A stretch of DNA of 64,000 nucleotides from a virus. Position 1 is the stretch's first letter. Every line of letters begins with the position of its first letter. Below, piece after piece: positions 30,213 through 39,217 of this stretch. The position numbers and the translations under genes are program-made. The stretch is taken from IMG/VR virus record IMGVR_UViG_3300019124_000038, positions 64,001 to 128,000 of that record; one strand, 5' to 3'. The notes beneath the pieces were generated by a model. It made no database searches and was not told where the DNA came from. It worked only from the letters and a program-made list of their open reading frames with translations.

Positions 30213-31367
30213 ATGAGTAATTACCAAGTGGTATGGCGGGGCATTGTGCACGATTCAACAGGGTACTCTCGGGCATCTCGGGAGTATCTTTTGTCTCTTG
30301 ACAGGGCAGGAGTTGATGTAAAAGTAGAGCCGATGAACTTTGGTTCACCGCCGACCGAACTGTCCACTGAACAAGCAAACCGCATTAGCGAATTAATCCA
30401 AAAGCCGTATGCAACAGACAAAAAAAAGGTACTGATTTACCATGCTCAACCAAGCGGGATTAATGTTGAAGCAGAACGATCTCAGTATGATTACGTCATC
30501 ATTAATACCGTATGGGAGACAACAAGAATTCCTGCTAGTTGGTTCCCTGGCGCAAATCTTTGTGACGCAATTATCGTGCCTTCTGAGCAGAACGTTCAAG
30601 CGCTACGGGATAGCGGTGTGACCGCTCCGATCTACAAGGTTCCGCACGGAGCAGACTTTGAGAGATTTAATCCAAACAACGCTCCATTTCATTTGCCGCA
30701 ACTCGAAGATCGTTTCGCATTTCTTTCAATCTTCCAGTGGCAACACAGAAAGGCTCCAGATATGCTTTTGAAAGCGTTCTGGTCTGAGTTCACAGCAGAA
30801 GAGAAAGTGATTCTTGTAATGAAAACGTACTGGGGTCATGCGCGGCATAGCGGTCGAGTGATTCGCAGTCGAATTTTCGATTATAAGGAACAACTCGGCT
30901 TCACTAATACTGCTCCGCTTTATTTAACAACAAGCCCGTTCAGCGACGATCAATTGAAAGGTCTATACACAATGGCTGATGTTTTTGTATTGCCGTCGAG
31001 GGGTGAGGGTGTGGGGCTTCCATATATCGAAGCACTATGTTCTGGTATTCCTGTAATTGCAACTGGGTGGGGTGGGCAAACTGACTTCTTGACAGATCAG
31101 AACTCTCTTCTTATTAACTACACATTGGAGAGTACACGATATCATCAGCATACCCTTGCCCCTGATTTTCATGACCTCTTCACGGCAGACATGCAATGGG
31201 CAGAGCCGAACATAGACAGCCTACGAAAAGCAATGCGCTGGTTCTATGAGCATAGATTCACCGCTCCGAAGGTATTTGGGCGACTCGGGCGGGAAGATAT
31301 GATGGAAATGTCATGGGACAATGCAGGACAAAGGTTTAAACAAACCATCGAGGAGGTGATTTCGTGA
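30213..31367 (+). CDS. glycosyltransferase family 4
   Basis: TGYSRA, TVWET, HRKAPD, PSRGEGVGLPYIEAL. Confidence 0.93.
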   Translation: MSNYQVVWRGIVHDSTGYSRASREYLLSLDRAGVDVKVEPMNFGSPPTELSTEQANRISELIQKPYATDKKKVLIYHAQPSGINVEAERSQYDYVIINTVWETTRIPASWFPGANLCDAIIVPSEQNVQALRDSGVTAPIYKVPHGADFERFNPNNAPFHLPQLEDRFAFLSIFQWQHRKAPDMLLKAFWSEFTAEEKVILVMKTYWGHARHSGRVIRSRIFDYKEQLGFTNTAPLYLTTSPFSDDQLKGLYTMADVFVLPSRGEGVGLPYIEALCSGIPVIATGWGGQTDFLTDQNSLLINYTLESTRYHQHTLAPDFHDLFTADMQWAEPNIDSLRKAMRWFYEHRFTAPKVFGRLGREDMMEMSWDNAGQRFKQTIEEVIS

Positions 31368-31502
31368 AAAACTCCAATAGAGAAAGATGCTCAAAATGTC
31401 AGACGAAATTAAAAACAGTTTCAGAAAAAGAGCGGAATACTTGCGCCAACTGTTACTTTGACGAAGTTGGTGGTCAATGCCACGATGGAAAGGAGTGAGC
31501 CT

Positions 31503-32225
31503 ATGCAAGCAATTATTCTGAGCGGAGGTAAGGGCACTCGCCTTTATCCTCTGACCCTTGAAGTACCAAAGCCGATGTTGCCGATTGGGGGTACTCCCCT
31601 CTTAGAGTATCAGATTCGACTCTTAAAGCAACACGGGATTGATGAGATCATCTTTTCGACTGGATATTTGCACGAACAGATTGTCGAGTATTTCGGTGAT
31701 GGTAGTAAGTTCGGTGTGAGTATCCAATATCGTGAGGATGGCGAGAAGCCATTGGGAACAGGCGGCGCGATCAAGAACTGCGCCGATCTTATTAAGTATG
31801 AAGATGTGCTAGTAATGAACGGTGATATTTTAACCGACATTGACTTGACCAAGATGATTGAATGGTGGGATACTTGTCGTTTTGACTGGAGCCTGATGAT
31901 AGCTCTGGCAGAGGTTGACAGCCCGCAGGACTATGGTTCGGTTATTCGAAAGTTCAATGGTGTTATCACGAGGTTCTACGAGAAGTCTGATAAACCAGCA
32001 AGCAACCAAGTTAATGCTGGTATTTACATTATGCAAGCAGAGTCAATCATTGATCTCCACTTACCAGACGGCTTCTCGATGCTGGAGGAGACTGTGTTCC
32101 CATCGTTCGCGGAGAGCTGGTCACTTCTCGGTTATGAGCATAAAGGTTACTGGCTTGACATTGGAACGCCTGAGCGATACGAGCAAGCGCAAGAAGATGT
32201 AGCATCGAAAAAAATTATTTTATAG
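31503..32225 (+). CDS. sugar-1-phosphate nucleotidyltransferase (mannose-1-P guanylyltransferase-like)
   Basis: ILSGGKGTRLYPLT..PKPMLP, PLGTGGA, NGDI, WLDIGTPE. Confidence 0.92.
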   Translation: MQAIILSGGKGTRLYPLTLEVPKPMLPIGGTPLLEYQIRLLKQHGIDEIIFSTGYLHEQIVEYFGDGSKFGVSIQYREDGEKPLGTGGAIKNCADLIKYEDVLVMNGDILTDIDLTKMIEWWDTCRFDWSLMIALAEVDSPQDYGSVIRKFNGVITRFYEKSDKPASNQVNAGIYIMQAESIIDLHLPDGFSMLEETVFPSFAESWSLLGYEHKGYWLDIGTPERYEQAQEDVASKKIIL

Positions 32226-32230
32226 TTGTG

Positions 32231-32259
32231 GTATACTTCCTCCCCTGTTGGTCATACTA
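32231..32259 (+). promoter_or_regulatory. sigma-G/sigma-F-like sporulation promoter
   Basis: GTATA-N17-CATACTA (also reads as GTATA-N14-GGTCATACTA). Confidence 0.5.
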
Positions 32260-32346
32260 TGTATTGTAACCAACAATCGTTTAGTGACCGCTATAGCACA
32301 TCTATGGTATAATGTGCGTACATGCGGAAGCTAAGGAGGGAACTAT

Positions 32347-32739
32347 ATGACAACCAAAGCAAAGAAATCATACAAGGTCTCCGAAGAGAACATCCGTGCG
32401 GTTGAGTCCTACATTGTTCGACGTATTCGCGAAACTGGCTCCAGAACAATCGCTGAACCGTTTAATAAGATAGCAGAGGGTTCAGGGGTATCGCTTGTTA
32501 CCACAACAAAGGCTATGGATGAACTTGCCAGATTGGGCGCTGTGCGCGTCGTGAAGTCGGCATCTCGCCGCAATCCGAACCAGTATACTTATCTTCTTGA
32601 TATTGAAGATTTTATCATGGAAGAAGAGGAGATGACACAACTGGAATATTTGAAGAAACAAGTGGAAGAACTGCGAAGACGCGTACAAGAATTAGAAACT
32701 GAGAATCGTGAGCTTCGTTTAACATGTAGTATCCGATGA
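32347..32739 (+). CDS. winged HTH protein with C-terminal coiled coil
   Basis: KIAEGSGVSLVTTTKAMDELARLG HTH, heptad-repeat tail. Confidence 0.75.
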   Translation: MTTKAKKSYKVSEENIRAVESYIVRRIRETGSRTIAEPFNKIAEGSGVSLVTTTKAMDELARLGAVRVVKSASRRNPNQYTYLLDIEDFIMEEEEMTQLEYLKKQVEELRRRVQELETENRELRLTCSIR

Positions 32740-32767
32740 GCCAAGCAAAGAGCTTGGTTCTTTTTTT
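32738..32767 (+). terminator. intrinsic terminator
   Basis: GAGCCAAGC-AAAGA-GCTTGGTTC + T7. Confidence 0.8.
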
Positions 32768-33026
32768 CCACTTGACTCTATTGCAATTTATTTGCTAGAA
32801 TAGTCTTACTTCAATCGAAGGAGGAAGAACTAGTGACACCAAAAGATATTTTGTCTACTGTCGTCTGTAATTTGCATTCCTGCGGTCAATTCACCGACGA
32901 AGACTTAGAAATTTGGTCTCGTATCATCGAGCAGATGACGGAGAATGGACTGCTTAAAATTGGAGAGAACTTGTACTTCCAACTGGTAGATATGGGCTAA
33001 CCACCCATTCTGCCTTTTTTCATTCC

Positions 33027-33056
33027 TTGACATTTTTTTTGGTAGAGTGATATAAT
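33027..33056 (+). promoter_or_regulatory. sigma-A type promoter
   Basis: TTGACA-N18-TATAAT with TG extension. Confidence 0.85.
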
Positions 33057-33081
33057 ATAAGCATAACACATCAAGGAGTGA

Positions 33082-33357
33082 ATGAAATTGTCTCAGGGCA
33101 TGACAAGCGCACAGATTGCTCAATCCGTCCCTGCCGATCTCCAGATCACTCCACCGCCAGCGGTAGAAACTGTTCCTGTTGTCACAGTCACGATGGACAA
33201 TATTGAAAAGTTTAACGCTGTAATGGCGGCGGTTCGGTCAAAGCTCGGGGAACTAGTGGAGCAAGGCGTGATCACTGACATGACTGCAAAGCGTGTCTTG
33301 GCGGAGTTGGAAGCAAACTACTTCCTGCAACTTGTACGAGTCTCCGTACAGCTCTAA
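33082..33357 (+). CDS. hypothetical protein
   Basis: AAGGAG RBS after promoter. Confidence 0.65.
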   Translation: MKLSQGMTSAQIAQSVPADLQITPPPAVETVPVVTVTMDNIEKFNAVMAAVRSKLGELVEQGVITDMTAKRVLAELEANYFLQLVRVSVQL

Positions 33358-33400
33358 CGGGTAGGGGAGGGGCATTCCCAATACCCAAGGAGGACTACTG

Positions 33401-34546
33401 GTGGACTTTAATAAGGAAAGGGAAATGTGCCTTGCGCTAAAAGAAGCAGGGCGCACAAGAAAAGAAATTGCTGAGATCACGGGACTGTCTGAACGTCAAG
33501 TCAAGCGTCGTCTGGCAAATAAAAAAAAGTCTGACGGTCTGCTCATCGACGGGAAAAGTCTTTTTGGAACGAACATTGTCGTTAGTGGTGATACAGAAGG
33601 CTGGTCGCGGACGATTAAGCCATTCGACCAGTCACCGCCGTTTGTAGACTATGAGCATCACCACAAGGTCTTGGAAGAATTCACGAAACAACGCACCGAA
33701 AAGACAGATATCCCGCAGATCGAGAATCCGCTTCTTGCTACAAACGATCAATTATTCGACTATAAGCGGTCGGACGAGAATCGTCAGGCAGTTCAGAAGC
33801 GTGTAGAAGATCGGTTCGTGGGAAGAGAAGTTAAGGTTCTCTACCTGTCAGACCTGCATATTCCGTTCACTGACTACGAAACAGTTTTTCGTATCGTAGA
33901 GCAACATAGCGATGCGAATGTATGTATTGTCAACGGCGATCTTCTCGATCTCTTCGCAGTCAGCAAATTCTCTAAGAATAAGCATGTAGCTCTTCGTAAG
34001 GAGATTGAAGATGGTCGAGTGTTTCTGGAGTATCTGTCCAAGCGTTTCGAAGTAGTGGTCGTTACAGAAGGCAACCATGAACGCCGCCTTCGTCGCTTCA
34101 TTGAAGAGGAAATCCCGCAAGAGATGCAGTTCCTCTTCCCGAAGGATATCCTGCGTGTGATCGTCAGCGGCGAGGTGCTTGACAAAGATCGTTTGGATAA
34201 TGTAGAGGTAGTTGGTACTTGGTGGGTGAAGCTATGGGATACAATCTACGCACATCCTGACAACTATAACTCTCCACCGATGCGAACTTCAATCAGTACT
34301 TCACAATACTTTATCATGTCTCGCGGCATTCAGCACCGTGTCTGTATCATCGGGCATACGCACAAGGTCGGTGAAATCATGAATGGTGGAGTGAAGATTA
34401 TCGAGTCAGGCTGTCTGTGTCATGATATGGACTACCACTTCGGCTCGAAGTTCACGCAACAACCGTGGGTCAAGGCATATGTCGTTCAGCGAATCGGAAA
34501 AGATGGATTAAGCGATCTGAATAGCACACGCGCAATTCTGCTCTAG
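33401..34546 (+). CDS. HTH + calcineurin-like metallophosphoesterase
   Basis: N-terminal KEIAEITGLSERQVKR; SDLH, GDLLD, GNHE, GHTH. Confidence 0.88.
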   Translation: MDFNKEREMCLALKEAGRTRKEIAEITGLSERQVKRRLANKKKSDGLLIDGKSLFGTNIVVSGDTEGWSRTIKPFDQSPPFVDYEHHHKVLEEFTKQRTEKTDIPQIENPLLATNDQLFDYKRSDENRQAVQKRVEDRFVGREVKVLYLSDLHIPFTDYETVFRIVEQHSDANVCIVNGDLLDLFAVSKFSKNKHVALRKEIEDGRVFLEYLSKRFEVVVVTEGNHERRLRRFIEEEIPQEMQFLFPKDILRVIVSGEVLDKDRLDNVEVVGTWWVKLWDTIYAHPDNYNSPPMRTSISTSQYFIMSRGIQHRVCIIGHTHKVGEIMNGGVKIIESGCLCHDMDYHFGSKFTQQPWVKAYVVQRIGKDGLSDLNSTRAILL

Positions 34547-34707
34547 GGGGAAACGAGCATGAATCCTGTTGTGTTAGGCACTCTCATCATTAACTATCTT
34601 CTGCTTATGACGGGGTTATTCTGGCACAGTAGCCATACGCCTAACCTCCGTCTGCGGCAGGAGAACAACGTACTGAAAGAAAAATAAACACTAGGAGGGT
34701 CTAATAT

Positions 34708-35139
34708 ATGACCGTAGTAACTGACGAACGTAAAGCTGTGCGCCAGATGGAAATTGAAGACGAGATGATTGCGTACTTCCAACGTAAGGAGATGATTAAG
34801 GAGCTAACAGAAGCAAATAAACTGAGCATGGAGAAATTTGAGGAATTCATGGAGGATATGCTGGACGACTTCGTAATTGCCCCGTTGCTCGATGGGACGT
34901 TTGCAGTTCTGCGCCGCCGTGTTCGTGAAGTAGAAAAGCTAGACAAGAAAGCTCTGGCTCTCCGCATTCTGGTTACGCCGCAAGACCTGAAAAAGCCGTT
35001 TGACTTCTCCATCCTGACACAGCAAGGCAAGCTCACGCCGCGACTTATCACGGAACACACCGAACATGAGACCAAGACTGTCGTAAGCCTGACGCGCCGC
35101 AAAACTGCTCCGAAGAAAAAGGATAATGGCAACGGATAA
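34708..35139 (+). CDS. hypothetical protein
   Basis: AGGAGG RBS, 143 aa. Confidence 0.7.
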   Translation: MTVVTDERKAVRQMEIEDEMIAYFQRKEMIKELTEANKLSMEKFEEFMEDMLDDFVIAPLLDGTFAVLRRRVREVEKLDKKALALRILVTPQDLKKPFDFSILTQQGKLTPRLITEHTEHETKTVVSLTRRKTAPKKKDNGNG

Positions 35140-35187
35140 GCAAGAGCGTATCTACTAGGAATCTACTAAATGGAGGAAAGTTTTTGC

Positions 35188-35216
35188 TTGACTTTCCTCC
35201 CTCGTCCTAGTATAGT
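35188..35216 (+). promoter_or_regulatory. sigma-A type promoter of the NAD operon
   Basis: TTGACT-N17-TATAGT. Confidence 0.8.
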
Positions 35217-35250
35217 ATAAGTATAAGATAACGAAAGGGGAAAACAAAAC

Positions 35251-36108
35251 GTGATCTATCTCGACGGCAAGGCTGTAGAGTTCGGGTCTTTCCCGAACGG
35301 GGAAACGATGTTGAAAGTCGAATTGGAGCGCAACCGCGTCTATTCGGTTGACTTCAAGTACGAGGGAGACGCTGATCTCTTCCGTCTGATGCTCCTGAAA
35401 AAGTACATCGACCAAGTTGGAGCACATGCCCTTTTGCGAATGATGTACATGCCATACAGCCGTATGGACAGAACGGAGAACGACTCTGCTTTCACCCTGA
35501 AATACGTCACGCAGTTCATTAACTCGTTGAACTTCGAAGATGTCTATGTTCTTGAGCCGCATTCCGATGTGACGATGGCTATGCTCGAACGAGCATTTCC
35601 GATCTACGTGACGGTCGAAATGCTGGACGATGTTCTAGAAATGATCGGGTTCGACAAGGATAAAGATTACCTGTTCTTCCCTGACGCTGGAGCGCAAAAG
35701 CGTTATAGTAAGCTGAAAGGTTTCAAGCAAGCAGTCGGCTTCAAGAAACGTGATTTCCAAACTGGGAAAATCGAGGGACTGGAGATTGTCGGCGATATCG
35801 AAACTGGCGCGAAAGTTCTCATCCTTGACGATCTCTGTTCCCGTGGCGGCACGTTCCTGCATAGCGCGTCTAAGTTGAGAGATATCGGCGCAGGAGAAGT
35901 GTATCTCTTTGTTGGACATGCAGAAGATTCAATGCTCGAAGGTCAAATGTTGTTGGCGAAACACGTCAACGCCAAGAACTATCTGGTTGATAAGATTTTC
36001 ACAACAGACTCGATGTTCTCAGAGAAAGCCAAGACATACATCAAGGATGAGCTGTCTGATCGCATCCATGTCTTCAATCTCATCAAGGAGTCTGGCAAGA
36101 ATGCTTGA
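35251..36108 (+). CDS. ribose-phosphate pyrophosphokinase homolog (NARP1 Adps-like)
   Basis: FPNGE, YMPYSRMDR, FPDAGAQKRY, ILDDLCSRGGTF. Confidence 0.9.
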   Translation: MIYLDGKAVEFGSFPNGETMLKVELERNRVYSVDFKYEGDADLFRLMLLKKYIDQVGAHALLRMMYMPYSRMDRTENDSAFTLKYVTQFINSLNFEDVYVLEPHSDVTMAMLERAFPIYVTVEMLDDVLEMIGFDKDKDYLFFPDAGAQKRYSKLKGFKQAVGFKKRDFQTGKIEGLEIVGDIETGAKVLILDDLCSRGGTFLHSASKLRDIGAGEVYLFVGHAEDSMLEGQMLLAKHVNAKNYLVDKIFTTDSMFSEKAKTYIKDELSDRIHVFNLIKESGKNA

Positions 36109-37054
36109 CCATTTTCTTGATGAGTATGCCGCTACAGAACGTTTGATTCGTGAATGGGAGAAATACGGTAGGCTGGTGATCGCGTATGACTTCGACAACA
36201 CAGTTTACGACTATCACGGCGGCGGCTACTCTTACTCGATGGTAATTGATCTCCTCCGTAAGTGCAAGGAAGTTGGAGCTTACTTCATATGCTTCACGGC
36301 GCGGGAAAATGACGAGCTAGACTTTGTGTGGAAGTATCTGAAAGACAACAATATTCCTGTGGACAAGCTCAATGATAATCCTGACTTCCTACCCTTTAAC
36401 GGTCGAAAAATCTACTACAATATCCTCTTGGATGATCGGGCTGGACTCGCTCAGGCATACAACATGCTGAGTTACGCCGCGACACACATGAAGGCAAAAA
36501 GGAGCGTGAAGCGATTGGGTGAAGAATGGCGACCAATAGAAGGGTACGAAGGTCTATACGAAGTATCCAATCTTGGTCGTGTAAAATCACTTGCAAGAAC
36601 AATAATTCGTAGTGATGGTCGTAGGTGCGTGGTAACAGAGAAAATCTTGACCGAGCGTGTCAACGACAGAGGATACATAGAGATCAAGCTGTCAAGGTTA
36701 GGGTCTAGCACCTACAAGAAACTACACAGAATCGTGGCTACGGCATTCTTGGACAATCCCGAAAACAAGCCCGAGGTCAATCACAAAGATGGCAACAAGA
36801 AGAACAACCAAGCTGAGAACCTTGAATGGGCTACGCACTCCGAGAATATGCAACACGCTTTCGCAAATGGACTACATTCCCACCAAGGAGATCGGAGTTC
36901 GACCAAGTTACTAACCGAGTCAGATGTTCTGTCAATACGGGAGCGTCAGGCGAACGGTGAAAAGCGCGGCGAAGTGTATGCCGACTACGCTGAAGTGATT
37001 TCCATTCATGGTTTTAAAGCAATCTGGTATCGCCATACTTGGAAGCATATCTGA
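36101..37054 (+). CDS. HAD-like domain fused in frame to a NUMOD4-HNH endonuclease
   Basis: AYDFDNT...KIYYNILLDDRAG then EEWRPIEGYEGLYEVSNLGRVKS and HR.VA..F...VNHKDGNK.NN...NLEW. Confidence 0.85.
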   Translation: MLDHFLDEYAATERLIREWEKYGRLVIAYDFDNTVYDYHGGGYSYSMVIDLLRKCKEVGAYFICFTARENDELDFVWKYLKDNNIPVDKLNDNPDFLPFNGRKIYYNILLDDRAGLAQAYNMLSYAATHMKAKRSVKRLGEEWRPIEGYEGLYEVSNLGRVKSLARTIIRSDGRRCVVTEKILTERVNDRGYIEIKLSRLGSSTYKKLHRIVATAFLDNPENKPEVNHKDGNKKNNQAENLEWATHSENMQHAFANGLHSHQGDRSSTKLLTESDVLSIRERQANGEKRGEVYADYAEVISIHGFKAIWYRHTWKHI

Positions 37055-37067
37055 GGAGGTAATGAAC

Positions 37068-38591
37068 ATGGGTAAATTCGTAACTCCCGCTTCATTGTTG
37101 TGCGATTTTTATAAGGTAAACCACCGTCAGCAATATCCGAAAGGCACTACTCGTGTGTACTCGAACTGGACAGGGCGGCTTTCCCGCATTGAAGGCGTAG
37201 ACAAGGTAGTGATGTTCGGTCTGCAAGCCTTCATCAAGGAATACCTGATCGACTACTTCAATGAACACTTCTTCGCTCGTCCGCACATTGAAGTAGTATA
37301 TGAGTATTATCGTTACATGCGGTTCACTTTAGGTATTGAGAATCCCGATGCTTCCCATATTGCCGCCTTGCATGACCTCGGCTATCTGCCGCTCCGTATT
37401 GAGGCGGTGAAAGAAGGTACGCTCGTACCGATCAAGGTTCCGATGCTTACTATCGAGAATACTCATGACGACTTCTTTTGGCTGACGAATTACGTTGAAA
37501 CCCTGCTGTCGTCTGAAATCTGGCAACCGATGACCATTGCGACCATTGCCCTGCAATATCGCAAACTGTTGGAAGACTATGCGGAGCAAACTGGTGCGGA
37601 TAAGTCTGCTGTTATCTTTCAAGGTCACGACTTCTCCATGCGCGGCATGGGCGGTCTGAAAGTGGCGGAACACGCAAATGCAGGTCACTTGCTCTCCTTT
37701 GTGGGAACCGATACTGTTCCTGCTATCGCCCATATGGAATCGTATTACAATGCTAACATTGAGACCGAGATGGTTGGCACTTCCATTCCTGCTACTGAGC
37801 ATTCTGTTATGTGCGCTGGCGGGCGGGAGAACGAAGGGGAGACCATTCGCCGCCTGATCGAAGATGTATACCCGAAAGGCTTTGTGTCTATTGTCTCTGA
37901 CACTTGGGACTTGTGGAATGCAATCGACGTTCACTATCGTGGTCTTAAAGATAAAATCATGTCCCGTGACGGTCGAGTAGTTATTCGTCCTGATTCTGGC
38001 GACCCCGTGAAGATTCTGGTAGGCGACCCCGAAGCTACCGACTATCGTGCACGTAAAGGTGTCATTGAACTCCTGTGGGATATCTTCGGCGGCACGGTCA
38101 CTGAGAAGGGCTACAAGCAACTTGACTCGCATATCGGCGTAATCTACGGAGATGCGATCAGCCTTGACCGTGCAAAGCGTATCCTCGAAGGTCTGAAATT
38201 TAAGGGGTTCGCATCTACCAACATCGTGTTTGGCATCGGTTCCTTTACCTACCAGTATCAAACTCGTGATACCTTCGGTTTTGCCCTGAAAGCTACTTAT
38301 GTAAAGATTGATGGCGAAGAACATTTCATCATGAAAAACCCAATCACCGACTCTGGCTTCAAGAAATCGGCAACTGGCAAGCTGGCGGTCTGCAAGTCTC
38401 ACTTTAATCCGCATAATGGTCGTATAACTTCAAAGCCTGAGATCATTCTGATTGACAGCCTAACAGAAGAAGAGCTTATGAATATCAACTACAACGATCA
38501 CAATATGCTCGAAGATGTGTTCGTGGACGGCAAGCTGGTGCGCGATCAGTCCCTCGCAGAAATCCGCGCTTTGCTGGAGTCGCAACTATAA
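37068..38591 (+). CDS. nicotinamide phosphoribosyltransferase homolog (NARP1 Namat-like)
   Basis: DFYK..H..QYP, HDFSMRG, IPATEHSVM, SIVSDTWD, RPDSGDP, IYGDAI, TRDTFGFA.K. Confidence 0.93.
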   Translation: MGKFVTPASLLCDFYKVNHRQQYPKGTTRVYSNWTGRLSRIEGVDKVVMFGLQAFIKEYLIDYFNEHFFARPHIEVVYEYYRYMRFTLGIENPDASHIAALHDLGYLPLRIEAVKEGTLVPIKVPMLTIENTHDDFFWLTNYVETLLSSEIWQPMTIATIALQYRKLLEDYAEQTGADKSAVIFQGHDFSMRGMGGLKVAEHANAGHLLSFVGTDTVPAIAHMESYYNANIETEMVGTSIPATEHSVMCAGGRENEGETIRRLIEDVYPKGFVSIVSDTWDLWNAIDVHYRGLKDKIMSRDGRVVIRPDSGDPVKILVGDPEATDYRARKGVIELLWDIFGGTVTEKGYKQLDSHIGVIYGDAISLDRAKRILEGLKFKGFASTNIVFGIGSFTYQYQTRDTFGFALKATYVKIDGEEHFIMKNPITDSGFKKSATGKLAVCKSHFNPHNGRITSKPEIILIDSLTEEELMNINYNDHNMLEDVFVDGKLVRDQSLAEIRALLESQL

Positions 38592-38831
38592 TAAGGAGGT
38601 ATGATCTATGACAAAAGAAGAAGTAATCGAAAAGCTGGAGCGCGAAAAGGAGTGCTATCGCGATTGCCGTCACAACGCTCATGACGAAGAAGAGAAGAAC
38701 TGGTACGATGGCGCGATTGAAGCAACCGTCATTGCAATTGGTCTTATCAAGCAAATCGACTAGGGCATAATTCCTCCTCTGTCGCGAAGTCTCTGTAAGA
38801 GAGATAGAACGACAAAGGAGGATTCCCCCTA

Positions 38832-39086
38832 ATGAAGAATCAATTCAAGAAATTCGGGTACGTCACCCTGCGGAAGAATGGTGTGGACGCTGGAACATAC
38901 AAGATCGACCAGATGGTTGCTAACGAAATCACTCTGGAGGATTGCCTGTATGTCTTCCGTCAAGTCGATGGGGTCTGCGTAACTGACGCAACAGTAACAA
39001 TCGTGCCAGCCGCTTATGTCGGCGAGGGCAACATCAAGGAAGTAAAAGATCAGAGCGGAACACCACGCGCTATCTTCTTCTCCTAA
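38832..39086 (+). CDS. hypothetical protein
   Basis: AAGGAGG RBS; followed by a terminator. Confidence 0.65.
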   Translation: MKNQFKKFGYVTLRKNGVDAGTYKIDQMVANEITLEDCLYVFRQVDGVCVTDATVTIVPAAYVGEGNIKEVKDQSGTPRAIFFS

Positions 39087-39094
39087 GAAAAGAG

Positions 39095-39124
39095 GGTCAC
39101 GGCAAACGCCGTGATCTTTTTTTT
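39095..39124 (+). terminator. intrinsic terminator
   Basis: GGTCACGGC-AAAC-GCCGTGATC + T8. Confidence 0.85.
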
Positions 39125-39134
39125 ATTTGAACAG

Positions 39135-39163
39135 GCATCAAAGTGGGCATATGCCCATAGGAT
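39135..39163 (+). promoter_or_regulatory. sigma-E-like promoter with a palindrome in the spacer
   Basis: GCATCAA-N14-CATAGGAT; perfect palindrome TGGGCATATGCCCA at 39144-39157. Confidence 0.55.
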
Positions 39164-39217
39164 GTTAGCACGAAGCAGTTATTAACTCTTCGAAAAACTT
39201 ATGAAGGGGTTGAACAC

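Noticed and set aside
37329-38414. 361-aa - strand ORF
   Set aside because: Antisense shadow of the Nampt-like gene
39125-39217. parC centromere iterons upstream of parM
   Set aside because: No iterated direct repeats visible, only one palindrome
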